Origin: Octopus sinensis
Lineage: Eukaryota
Reading direction: 5' to 3'
Length of the DNA: 64,000 nt
Assembly: GCF_006345805.1 (NCBI RefSeq)
Contig: NW_021834228.1
Span: 1 to 64,000 of the forward strand
Shown here one piece after another: positions 28,725-42,199 of this stretch. The position numbers were made by a program, and so were the translations under genes. Below the pieces are notes generated by a model. It was not told where the DNA came from. It made no database searches and saw only the letters and a program-made list of their open reading frames with translations. Numbering within the stretch: position 1 is the stretch's first letter; every line of letters starts with the position of its first letter.

Positions 28725-29166
28725 GACAAGCGTGTTTTCAGGAGTCCCATTCTCTTACAGTATCAAATTGTATACTTGGCATTCAAAGTTACCCCAATCG
28801 CAGAACGGGGCGCCACTGCATTGTGCCAGATTCCAACATCACCATCAAAATACAGGACCAGATACTGCAATGGCTTGGGTTTCAGAGGACCACAGCTCTT
28901 CAACATCCTCCCTAAATGCCTGAGAGACTTGCATGGTGTGGATGTAGGTTTCTTTAAAACTAAACTGGAGCTCTTCTTGTCGGGAGTCCCAGAGGAACCT
29001 ACCTCACGACAGGAGACACAGATGCCGGCAGGGGCATTGAACTCCCTTGCTGACAAAGTGCCGCGTATCAGAGGTGGATTCACATGTTAGTGTAGCTCAT
29101 TCGGCGTGGTGCCCCAGCATGGCCGCAGCCTTCGGGCTGAAACATTTTTAAGGATTTAAGGATTTA
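28725..29166 (+). mobile_element. 3' end of a CR1-type LINE (ORF2 C-terminus plus tail)
   Basis: RYCNGLGFRGPQLFNILPKCLRDLHGVDVGFFKTKLELFLSGVPEEP, then a tail ending in (aaggattt)2. Confidence 0.85.
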
Positions 29167-29505
29167 ACACCAGAAAAACCTGAGTAAATTTACACCTAGT
29201 GGGGATGTCGTCCTTAATAAAAATCTGTCTGACATCAATTGTCTGACGCAACACTACGTCTGAAAAGGGTAAACTACTGCGTTTTTGTGCAAATTAAGTT
29301 TTCTTCAAGTTTTGGTTAATTAGTCTTAATACATGAGGAATATAGCGTTTAGATGCTAAATCATTCTGCTGTTTGCCCAGAAGAAAACTCTCGGAACCAC
29401 TTCACGTATATATGCTTCTCTCCTCTTTTTCGTCCATTTCCCACTTTTCACACATTTACTTATACACTCACACACACACTTAGACACACACACCACACAC
29501 ACACA

Positions 29506-29538
<33 letters not shown>

Positions 29539-29734
29539 GCACGCACGCACGCACACACACACACACACAAATATATATATACATATATATATATGTATGT
29601 ATATATATATCGTGATAAGTAAAAACCATTAGTTATGAGATAACACCTATGGAAATAACATTTAATTGGTTAGGCAGAACACGCTGATACTAGCTTAGCA
29701 CATAACTACACAAGAATATTATATATATTATATA

Positions 29735-30115
29735 CAGGAGTGACTGTGTGGTAAGTATCTTGCTAACCAACCACATTGTTCCGGGTTCAGTCCCACTGCG
29801 TGGCATCTTCGGCAAAAGTCTTCTACTCTAGCCCCGGGCCGACCAATGCCTTGTGAGCCTGTCGTATATATGTATATATATATATGTATGTGTGTGTGTA
29901 TGTGTTTGTGTGTCTGAGTTTGTCCCCCTAGCATTGCTTGACAACCGATGCTGGTGTGTTTACGTCCCCGTCACTTAGCGGTTCGGCAAAAGAGACCTAT
30001 AGAATAAGTACTGGGCTTACAAAGAATAAGCCCCGGGGGTCGATTTGCTCGACAAAAAGGCGGCGCTCCAGCATGACCGCAGTCAAATGACTGAAAAGTG
30101 TAAAAGTGTAAAGAG
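29735..30115 (+). mobile_element. SINE family A
   Basis: Head, internal microsatellite and tail present, with a small internal deletion. Confidence 0.9.
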
Positions 30116-30202
30116 TATATATATTATATATATTATATATATATATATATTATATATATATTATATATATATATATAATATATATATATATATGTATGTA
30201 TA

Positions 30203-30235
<33 letters not shown>

Positions 30236-30903
30236 ATGTATCTATGTATATATGTATGTGTATTTATTTATACACAAAAACAAATAGATATATACCAACA
30301 TACATACACAAATGCACACAATATTCATACATATATGTTAATATACATAGCGGTACATACGCATGTACGTCTGTTGTGTGAACTACTATATACATGAATA
30401 ACTTGGCGCATCGTAAGCAATTAAATTGACTTTCCACGGGGGTTTACTTAGAAGGCTAATGACTCTTTCTTAACTATCCGCTTGAATAAATTAACTATGA
30501 ATACACATAAATATCGCTACTTGCTTTTTCAGACAGAAAATTAAATTGAAATATATTGGCTAATAAAGCGAGGGAATACGACAAACCCAATACTGAAATA
30601 TGGTACTGTAAGACAGATACGATCTCCTGACCTGCGGTTTAAGCGTCCGATATTTTACCCCAAAGCACCAGAGCACACCTCTGTTGTCACAAATTCACAT
30701 GGCCACATACGACACTCATACACACACACGCACGCAAGCGCACGCGCACCCACACACACATACATACATGCATGTATATATATATATGTGCAGAGAGAGA
30801 GGGAGAGATAGATAGATAAACAGATAGATAGATAATAGATAGATATAGATGTATGCGTGTGCTTGTGTTTTTAAGCGTGTATGTTTTTACCTGACACATA
30901 TAT

Positions 30904-30945
<42 letters not shown>

Positions 30946-30949
<4 letters not shown>

Positions 30950-31009
30950 CATATTGAGAGAGAGAGAGGAGAGAGAGAGGAGAGAGATAGCTTGATAGAT
31001 AGATGATAG

Positions 31010-31042
<33 letters not shown>

Positions 31043-31880
31043 TCAATAGATAGGTAGATAGATAGATAGATATTTTGATAGATAGATAGATATTTTGATA
31101 GATAGATAGATAGATAGAGATAGATAGATAGATAGATAGATGATAGATAGATAGATAGATAGATAAATCAATAGATAGATAGATAGATTGATAGATAGGT
31201 AGATAGATATACAAGCAATGACCACTCGCCTACAAAATACGCGTACACATTCATATATACACACATACACAGCACGGAATCTCTTTACACAATGGTATTC
31301 GTAAACTGTCATCAAGTTTATAATAACAAGCTGATATATTGCTTAACCCTACTGACATTTGATCTTTTGATCTGAAAATCAAATCGCTTGTCTCCTATAA
31401 TCGTATAACAATACAATTTTGTTGAAATCCTAGATGATGCATTGAATTTCGTCAACAATAGAACATCGGTGAAATATCTGCTTCCGACACAGCAATATAT
31501 ATATTCATATAGGGTTTAAATGATTTTCTCAAAACAGATTTCTGAACGCTGCGTATGTCACATTTATGAAGGAGTCTCGAATCATGATTGAATATACACC
31601 TCTATGTATAGACGTGTATGTTCTTAATTACTTTGATGCTCTTCTCGAAGAGTTATTTCTGTGGCAATTTCAATTTTCTGAAGATTTCCGGCGTTAGGTG
31701 GAAGCTAAAATTAATTTTCCTACGGTGCTTCTCCCCTTCTTTCGTTACCTCCCTCCCTCTCTCAATCACTCTCTCTCTCTCTCTTTCTATCTATCTATCT
31801 ATCTATCTACTATCTATCTATCTATCTATCTCTCTCTCTCTCTCTCTCTCTCACTCTCTCTCTCTCTCTATATATATATG

Positions 31881-31931
<51 letters not shown>

Positions 31932-31999
31932 TATATATTTACATATTGAGAGAGAGAGAGGAGAGAGAGAGGGGGAGAGAGATAGCTTGATAGATAGAG

Positions 32000-32030
<31 letters not shown>

Positions 32031-32072
32031 GATAGATAGATAAATAGATAGATATAGATAGATAGATATTTT

Positions 32073-32117
<45 letters not shown>

Positions 32118-32770
32118 ATATATAGATAGATGGATAGATAGACAGATAGATAGATAAATCAATAGATAGATAGATTGATAGATAGGTAGATAGATATACA
32201 AGCAATGACCACTCGCCTACAAAATACGCGTACACATTCATATATACACACATACACAGCACGGAATCTCTTTACACAATGGTATTCGTAAACTGTCATC
32301 AAGTTTATAATAACAAGCTGATATATTGCTTAACCCTACTGACATTGATCTTTTGATCTGAAAATCAATCGCTTGTCTCCTATAATCGTATAACAATACA
32401 ATTTTGTTGAAATCCTAGATGATGCATTGAATTTCGTCAACAATAGAACATCGGTGAAATATCTGCTTCCGACACAGCAATATATATATTCATATAGGGT
32501 TTAAATGATTTTCTCAAAACAGATTTCTGAACGCTGCGTATGTCACATTTATGAAGGAGTCTCGAATCATGATTGAATATACACCTCTATGTATAGACGT
32601 GTATGTTCTTAATTACTTTGATGCTCTTCTCGAAGAGTTATTTCTGTGGCAATTTCAATTTTCTGAAGATTTCCGGCGTTAGGTGGAAGCTAAAATTAAT
32701 TTTCCTAGGGTGCTTCTCCCCTTCTTTCGTTACCTCCCTCCCTCTCTCAATCACTCTCTCTCTCTCTCTT

Positions 32771-32817
<47 letters not shown>

Positions 32818-32866
32818 CTCTCTCTCTCTCTCTCTCTCACTCTCTCTCTCTCTCTATATATATATG

Positions 32867-32904
<38 letters not shown>

Positions 32905-32905
32905 T
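30946..32905. repeat. Tandem duplication, 2 x ~0.99 kb
   Basis: Units start at tttacatattgag (30946, 31938); the unique cores 31208-31750 and 32195-32735 are near identical. Confidence 0.93.
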
Positions 32906-33705
32906 ATATGTACATATATACATATATATATATATATATGCGTGTGTGTGTGGGGGGTGGACTTGTGTGTGCAAGCGTGTGTGTGTACGTGGGCGTGTGT
33001 TCGTGTGTGTGTCTGTATTTAACTTCAGATGTATGTATATCTGTAAGCAGATGTATGTATACGTATATGGATATGTGTCAAATACAAGTATACTACACAC
33101 ACGCACACACACACACACATATATATATGAATATACATACATGCAAACACATATACATACATATACATATATATATACATATACACACGCACATATATAT
33201 ATATATATATAATTATATATATACATACACATTTATATATACACACACGCATATATGCATATACGTATATATATATATATGCATATATATATATATATGC
33301 ATATATACCGACATGTATCTGTTGCGCAGGTGCTTCTTGTTTTCTCTCTCTCTCTCCCTATCTCTCTCACTCACTCTCTTTATCTCTTTCTCTCTCTCTA
33401 AATATACATCATAAGTTTAAATATCAGAATAGTAAATATTTATTACTCTATTCCAGAATTAGAGATTAAAGCCAGTTTTGCTTACTTTGGTAAAATTGCG
33501 AGCATAATTTTTTGCATATAAATCTTTGTACCGTACTTCTGTTCCTGCACATGCTGGCACAATAGTTTCTTTGAAATAGTTAGAATGTTCTCTTAACACT
33601 GAACGTAGTTTCGACACTAAGTGTCGGCTGGAATTGTCTTACTTGTTATTCTCTCTCCCTCCCGCTCTCTCTCTCTCTCTCTCTCACTATCCCTCTATCT
33701 CGCTC

Positions 33706-33747
<42 letters not shown>

Positions 33748-33770
33748 TATATATATATATATATATATAT

Positions 33771-34187
33771 AACTTATAAATAAGGGCAAGCGAAAAAATT
33801 TCTAATGCCAAATATGCCGAAAATTGGACATATTGTTCATTAACCATATAACTTTTTCACATTACGCACGCTACTCGAAAAAAAGCCGACAGAAATTTCT
33901 AAAAAATTCCATTATTACCATATCGGACCGATTTCAGGGTTAGTTCGTAAGAACCCTCCCTTCGTCAGTGATAAATGTGGCAAAGAAATAAATGGACGGA
34001 GGAAAGGCTGTTATAAGCTAACCCTGAAATCGGTCCGATATGGTAATAATGGAATTTTTTGAAATATCTGTCGGCTTTTTTTCGAATAGCGTGCGTATTG
34101 TGAAAAATTATATGGTAATTGACAATATGTCCAATTTTCGGCATATTTGGCATTAGACAATTTTTCGTTTGCCCTTATTTATAAGTT
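33771..34187. mobile_element. Fold-back element, ~170-200-bp inverted arms, carrying hammerheads
   Basis: 33771-33943 is the reverse complement of 34018-34187; similarity continues inward at lower identity. Confidence 0.9.
33915..33974 (-). ncRNA. Type I hammerhead ribozyme, intact
   Basis: Minus strand UUAUCA-CUGACGA-AGGG...CCCU-GAAA-UCGGUCCGA-UA-UGGUAA: 6-bp stem I, 4-bp stem II, self-complementary stem III, AUA site. Confidence 0.8.
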
Positions 34188-35319
34188 GTTTATAATTTTT
34201 ACCTATAAAGGTAATTTTTAATATGCTGGCCATTGATAATTTTTTTTTTCCGAAAAATATTTTATCCTACATTAAATATATTTATATATATATATTCTCT
34301 GATGCTCCTCAGAATTAAACCTTTTCCATCAATGTTTTTTTTTTCCCCATTTGCCAAATCTGCTCGTTTTTGTTTGAATCAAATTCTATTTCTGTTCGTT
34401 TTGGTTGATTTAGAGGAGCGAATATCTGTTGGTCTGTGCCTTATGTATTGCTGAATTAGAGATGATAGTTGGATATCATTAACGGTTAAGGTTAACAAAA
34501 CATCTGCATATTCAAAATGTGTCGAGGGCGCATGACCTAGTCTTTACCGTTTTGGACCATGATCAGGAGAACGATATTAGAATTCATGGACCGTTTTTTG
34601 AGTTTTGTGCTTGAGCAAAGCAACACAACTCTAGCTGCTCTTTTGAAATATATGTTTCACCTACGACAATGATATATTTTTGTATCCCATGTCTTGAAAA
34701 TATTCGCGGTTCTCCTCCTTTGTTACATCGAGATTCGAGAAAAATATAGTTATGGTTAAGGCACGTAAATTTGCTTGCCACGTCGTTTCCCCATCCGGCA
34801 TTACCTACAAAACTTATTCCGTGACTGCAATGAAAGAAAGTGACCGCTTAACATTGGCTTTGCTAAAACGGACACATTTGTTTGCATATACAAGCAACAT
34901 ATTTTGAAACTTTATTATATTATATAATAGTGAAGCTGGTATTATAAAATGGTGAAGCGGGTATTTTCTTGTTTTAAGACCAACGTATAATCCAATTTGA
35001 AAAATCAATAACAAAACAACATAAAGAGTGCATACAGAACTGCTATTTCGAAATGTCCTTCCACATTTCCTTCATAAGCATTATTTAAATTTGAGACTAA
35101 TATATTTCTATCGTTGAAACGTTGGCTCGCTTCTTGATTACTAAATTGTGCGTGACCTGTAGCGTAAATTGAACGTTGTGTAGCCTAAACTATAAAGGTG
35201 TAGCGTAAACTGAATTTTGTGAGATGTTGAAATTAACATATTGTTCCAACATATATTTAAATACGACACACATTGGCATTGTCCATCTTAAGGTCTTGTC
35301 TATATTACACAATGTATAT

Positions 35320-35770
35320 TACGATCGTTCCAAAAGCAATATAATTTGTAAAACTAACCCCCAGTTTTCCGTATAAAAACAGACACGTGCTTTTTGCTGC
35401 AGTTTTCGTTTCCGGAATTTAGCGCGCCAGAACTCAGACATTTGAAATTAACCCCAATGTAATCGGTGGAACTAAGCACGTGTCTGTTTTATACGGAAAA
35501 CTGGTGGTTAGTTTCACAAATTATATTGCTTTTGGAACGATCGTACTGATGAGTCCTACGGACGAAGGATTACGTAAGTAATCGTTAATAGACGAAACCG
35601 GTATGCGATGAATTCTCGTTTTTTATATCATTTTCATCTGTCTTGCCCGCCTATTGTTCTGGTGTCTGCTGAATTTTTCTCTAGAGAACAGTCTTTCTTT
35701 GTAGTTTGATCATAGCTGATCTATTTCTAGCATATGACTGTCCACATTGTGGTTTTTAGCCCTTAAAATA
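35320..35770 (+). mobile_element. Fold-back plus hammerhead insertion between 19-bp direct repeats
   Basis: Arms 35320-35392/35474-35545; direct repeat tacacaatgtatattacga at 35306-35324 and 35771-35789. Confidence 0.7.
35540..35609 (+). ncRNA. Type I hammerhead ribozyme with extended stem II
   Basis: AUCGUA-CUGAUGA-GUC(C)UA...UAGAC-GAAA-CCGG-UA-UGCGAU: canonical core, palindromic ACCGGU stem III, GUA site at 35601-35603. Confidence 0.8.
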
Positions 35771-36681
35771 TACACAATGTATATTACGAATAGATATCTA
35801 TACAGAATAATATAACATGCATTGAATAAACATATGTTCTGGTAGAATTTGACGCGTCTGTTAACCCAACAGGTTTGGGTCCTTTCCAATGAGTGTTAGA
35901 CTTCTTTGGTTATGAAAATGCAATTATTGTTCATAAATTATTTAAATATGGTTCATTACAGCTCTCTGTATTTGTTTATAGGCGTTTTTAATGTCAAAGA
36001 CACTTGTGTATTTTTATTTGCTATTTACTTCAAATTCAATTTTCGCCTGAAAATCTATTTTACTTAAGAATTATTTCTAATATTAATATGCCAATCAAAT
36101 GTTACCCTCGAATATATTTCGGTTTATTTATTATAGACAAAAGAATAACATTTATCTTTATTTGTCATTGTGGCTTCTTATATTTTATTCCTCTCTCAAT
36201 TATTGATTTTCGTTTTATTTAATTTCTTTTCTTATATATCACCTTGCTGTTTAACCCCATGTCAGGTATGGTCTTGTTAATAACACAACCTAAGCTATTT
36301 CCTTAATTATAATGTCTTCCACTTTCGGCAATACAAATATTACCCCATGTTTAATAAGTCATTTGATGATGATATCACGGAGAGATTACTGCTATGTCTA
36401 GCAGGGAAAACAGCCGCGTAAACGCCTCCCTCGTTACTTTAGTCTTCATTTTGTTGTATCACAACGTGATTTGGCATTCAATAGTTCTATTAATTTATCT
36501 CAAACTGACACAACAGGGACTCAACATAATTGAATATTAAGGTAATGGCGTATTTCCAAAATTTGCTTTAGAAAACATTAGACATATGATATATATTTAA
36601 TGTCGTTGATGTGTGCGAATATGCGTGTGTATGTGTGTCTGTGTGAAATGCTAAGATTTCTGGTACTTACGCCGAGCACAG

Positions 36682-36703
36682 TACTGGTTCGGGAAACACA
36701 AGA
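36682..36703 (+). CDS. Putative 22-nt microexon (YWFGKHK)
   Basis: Branch-like TACTTAC close to cacag|; |GTAAGT donor; phase 0 to 1. Confidence 0.35.
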
Positions 36704-37323
36704 GTAAGTTTTTCACAACCCTGATGGCAATATTCTGTTTTTTGTAATAAAGTATACAGCATTGCATAATTGCATATGGCATTTGAAGTAAAAATAAACC
36801 GAATATATGTACTATCAATACCATATCGTGTGAGAACTCATCTGCTTTTGTAGAACTTTGAATATAGCTGTTTTAAAATAATTATCTTCTTTATTTGCCG
36901 GTGGTGTAAAGGATGAATATGAGAGATAAAAAGAGTTATGGATATTGATAATTCTTTTCACGAAAAACATAATAGGAGTGTTTCAAGAAAATATATATTG
37001 CAATAAGAAAACCAATAATTCCCATATGCCACTGCTGAACGGAAATATATATAAAAGATGTGATATACCAAACATCATATACAATATCTCAGTGTATCCC
37101 ATCAGCTGCAACGAGCACAAAAGTAATGCATTTAGGGGCCGTTAAAAGTTGGACGTGTGAAAAAATTATAAGGGACGTTCAAATGCAACACGTCAGTCAA
37201 GCAATGTATCACATGCTAAAATTTGAACTCACGGAATCTAAATTTAGAAATTCATTGTTGAAAAACAAATATTGACTTCAAAATTTGGCAGAAGGAAAGG
37301 AATACCGAGACAGTAGGCTGGTG

Positions 37324-37485
37324 GATTATATCGACCCCCAAAACTTCACAGGAACTTATTTGATTGATCTCGGAATGAGTAAAGGTAAGTTCAACCAAGG
37401 CAGAATTTGAACTCAGAACGTAAAAACTGATGAAATACTATCAAGAATTCAGCCTTGTGTGCTAACGATTCTCCGAGTTTGCCAC
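37324..37485 (-). mobile_element. SINE family D, degenerate
   Basis: gattatatcgaccc...gaatttgaactcagaacgtaaa...gtgctaacgattct. Confidence 0.7.
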
Positions 37486-38468
37486 TTTTGAAAGAAGTAA
37501 TAATTACTAAATAGAAGACATATGTTAGTGAAAATTGTCGAGCGTTAGATCCAACTATCTCACTTCTTTCTCGCCGCCCGTAACACTTCCAATCATACAA
37601 TGAGTCAGATAAGGAGGGACATTCTCTAGAAAGCAACACAGCGCTTCCTAAGAAATTGTAATAAGAGACATTGTCTGGATACATAGTGTTACCATTAAGA
37701 ACAGGCTACTAATACTGAAAATGCAGTCTGTAGTATATATCGTGCTTATCGCAAAATGAAGTGCTTGGCACAGGTGTTTCACATAGTATCAAAACAAAAT
37801 GAACGCGGTCCTGAAACGTAACTCAAGGCGGAATATATGAATAGAGCAATGAACTAGAGAAGGCGGAGTAATTATGCATGGTTTAGAGAGAAAATGTAGA
37901 CCAAGACATGAAGTGCGAACGCTTTGTGTGCAAACTTCACATTTAAAATCCATTATCCAAAACTGGATAAAACTTTGACTGAATCATATCTTTAATTGAA
38001 TTTTTCTACCTGAGTTTTTATACGAGGTCTACTATCAAGAAAGGACAGTGGTAGTTGGCTACGGTATAGAATGCCATTGAAATATCTATGCATAGAATAT
38101 CATCTCCGAAATTAGATAATGTAAGAACGGAGAGGAATTAGAGCAGTGATCTCGGAATACCGAATACGGAAATTTTATAGGTTCAAGTATGTCGCAAGTG
38201 GACCCAATCAGTTGCCGAGAGATAATTTGGAGTACAGGTGTGACTGCTCAGAATTCCATTAAGAAGAGAAAGTTGTGATAGAGTCAAATATATATCACAA
38301 ACAACTCTTCAAGAATGGTGAAATCCAAAGAACAATGAAAGAGTGATGAATGAATATTGAATGGAGATCATTTCGAAGAAAAGTGAAGGAAAGAAACCAT
38401 GAAAATTATAAATGAAAGCCGATAAAGCATTCGTGTTTATTGAAACTAATATCTCCTATAAACCCGCA

Positions 38469-38548
38469 ATATCTCCTATAAACCATGAATCACAGGAGCA
38501 TATATATATATATATATGCTCCTGTGATTCATGGTTTATAGGAGATAT
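38469..38548. repeat. Perfect 80-bp palindrome centred on (TA)n
   Basis: atatctcctataaaccatgaatcacaggagc(AT)n gctcctgtgattcatggtttataggagatat. Confidence 0.95.
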
Positions 38549-38565
38549 ATATATATATATACATT

Positions 38566-38599
<34 letters not shown>

Positions 38600-38692
38600 A
38601 TATTATATATATATATATGCACATACATATATATATACACATATATATACACATATATATATATACATTTATATACATATATATACATCCAT

Positions 38693-38763
<71 letters not shown>

Positions 38764-38770
38764 TCTATTA

Positions 38771-38812
<42 letters not shown>

Positions 38813-38824
38813 ATATATATATAT

Positions 38825-38901
<77 letters not shown>

Positions 38902-38917
38902 CGGACAGACAGACAGG

Positions 38918-38997
<80 letters not shown>

Positions 38998-40168
38998 GAT
39001 ATATAAGATTTTGCAAGATATGCGACTTTGTATCTTATCTGAGTGATCATAATATGAAATTTAGTAGTCGAAACTTATTTAGAACTGCTATGCCGTTGCT
39101 ATGAGGTTGATAAGTACGCTATAAGAAATATCAATTGTAGCGAAGTTTCAAGACTGACAAGGAGATCTAAAAGACGATTTGGAAACTGTTGTAGCTTCAG
39201 CAGTAAAGAATAAAAAGAAAAAAAAACACACACAAAATATGGAAACACGTATTGAAGTTGTTTAGATGAATTAAAGTGCGGATTTTTAGAATGTAAGGGT
39301 GAGGCATATATGCTGAAACTACAGCCAGTTCTTGGTACACGACCTTTTTGAAAGTTGTTTAAAGAAGACATAAAAAATGAGACTACTTTTTTCATATCAT
39401 AGACCTAATTGAACGTGGAAGAACATTCTTTCAATGGGTTGAAATGTTGTAGTATCAGGAGTGTACACAGGAAATATATATCAATACATGGTTACACACA
39501 CACACACACACTCACATATACACACACACAAACACTCACATATACACACAGAGTCAAACTTATACAATATGTATGATCACTGTGCATTTATATGCAATGT
39601 ATAACTATGAATATTTATATACATAGAAATTTATATATACACATATGCATATATATGTACGTATGATGTACACATAAATACATACATACATATATATATG
39701 CATATCTTTTCATAATACTTGTGTAAACACATATCTATATAAATGTCCATTTCGTTTGATAAGTATGTATACATATTATTATCATGTATATATATATGTG
39801 TGCATTTGTGTCTGTGTGTGTAAGTATGCATGGAGGTAGATATGTATGCATATAATTACGTATGTATGCATGTGTGAATATATGAATGTATAATACTTCA
39901 AAAGCCATATGATCTTTATAAACAACATAATTATATACGAGATAGGAATATACATATGTCTAAAACATCACACCAATTATCCACATCAAAATTGTAATGT
40001 TTGGTGAGAGACTTCTGATATCAATATTTTTACAACTTTTGGCGAAAATAAAAATCAATTGATGCTGTAATTCACACACAATGAAAAGTTATCAAGACAA
40101 ACATCAATAGAAACAGTCACAGGAAAAAAGATGAAAAGTACATCAGACACACACAGATACACACACGC

Positions 40169-40235
<67 letters not shown>

Positions 40236-40298
40236 TATATATATTTGTATATGTGTATATATATATATATATGCACACATACTTGTTTATGCACATGA

Positions 40299-40375
<77 letters not shown>

Positions 40376-40384
40376 TATATAATA

Positions 40385-40416
<32 letters not shown>

Positions 40417-41374
40417 AGTATGAATGCATATTTATGTTTCATGTATGTAAGGTATAAAGATATCAGTATAGTAACTGAAATAACTAAAGGTGTCTGCAAA
40501 GAATGACGTCACAGGAGGTATATATATTGGATTATGAGTAGTAGCAATAAAGCCAGAGATTGAAGTTCAAAAATTAAAATAATATAACTTTTATGTGAGT
40601 TATATCGCTGTCGGTAATAATCCGTTCTACTAAATGCACAAGACCTGAACAGTTCGGCGAGGTAATTAGTCGAACTCATTAGTAGCAATTTATCGATCCC
40701 GAAAGGATGATCTGGGAGGAATTTGAACTCAGTACGTAAAAACGGACGCAATGCTGCCAAGAATATATTGCCCGCTTACTAAGGATTATGCCATCTCTCT
40801 TCTCTCATTTGATGGAATAATAGTACGTAAAAGATTACTTACAGATTAACTGATTATTAATCTTGAGACTTCTAAAATTTATTTAACCTTTTCGTTACTG
40901 TATTTATTTTGAGATGCTCCGTGTTTCTTTCAATTACTTTAAATATAAACAAAGAATTTAGTAAAATAAATTAGTTATCATTCAACTAGTGTCAGGAACA
41001 CAAATTGTGACTGAGGTTTGGTGGAAGATTTTAATTAAAACCTTAAGAAAATAACACATTTGTACAACAGAGCCAGAGCCGGTTTCAGTCAGGTTGGTAA
41101 CGAAAGGGTTAAGGAATCATAATCGTAATGATATACTAGCATTGGCCAAATATATACAGTATCGACTTTTGATATATACAGGATCAATATTTTGTATATA
41201 TATTGCCTCTTCGGTTACGTTTGCAGGCCACTTAAATTTTTTAAAAGATAATTATAACTTAGGGGAATTTGGAAACATGTACATATTCAAAAGATGGATG
41301 TGAGTAATTATGTACATGTAGATTGGAATTAGGTACATAGATTATAAATAACTTACGTGCATATATAGATATAT

Positions 41375-41538
41375 AGGCGCAGGAGTGGCTGTGTGGTAAG
41401 TAGCTTGCTAACGAACCACATGGCTCCGGGTTCAGTCTCACTGCGTGGCATCTTGGGCAAGTGTCCTCTGCTATAGCCCCGGGCCGACCAATGCCTTGTG
41501 AGTGGATTTGGTAGACGGAAACTGAAAGAAGCCTGTCG

Positions 41539-41579
<41 letters not shown>

Positions 41580-41798
41580 TTGTGTGTCTGTGTCTGTTCC
41601 CCTAGCATTGCTTGACAACTGATGCTGGTGTGTTTAGGTCCCCGTCACTTAGCGGTTCGGCAAAAAGAGACCGATAGAATAAGTACTGGGCTTACAAAAA
41701 GAATAAGTCCCGGGGTCGATTTGCTCGACTAAAGGCGGTGCTCCAGCATGGCCGCAGTCAAATGACTGAAACAAGTAAAAGAGTAAAAGAGTAAAAGA

Positions 41799-41800
<2 letters not shown>
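41375..41800 (+). mobile_element. Full-length SINE family A
   Basis: aggcgcaggagtggctgtgtggtaag (A box)...gggttcagtc (B box)...tail (gtaaaaga)3. Confidence 0.95.
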
Positions 41801-41836
<36 letters not shown>

Positions 41837-42199
41837 TTATATCAGTGTATATATTCATATACGTATGTACACATGGATATATACAGAAAGATATAGATAG
41901 ATATATAGAGAGACAGAAAGAGGGAGATAAATGCGATTTCAGTAAATATATTTTTTCTATCAACATTAAAATATATATTGCTGAGATTTAGACAGGATTA
42001 AATATCTGACAAATTTCGGAATTATATATATATATGAAACTAACCTATGTATATATAAATGAATAGACATTCAGCCGTCTATCTAAGCAGAGGAATTGAT
42101 GTATTTTATATATCTGTAGACCTGTCTCTCTAACCTCTCATGTCAGCAATGTCATGGAATACGGAGCCAAGGAGAAACTATTTATTTTCCTTGAAGATA

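Noticed and set aside
39065-39420. Protein-like broken frames (LELLCRCYEVDK..., CLDELKCGFLECK...)
   Set aside because: Several stops and no recognisable motif; cannot be assigned without a search.
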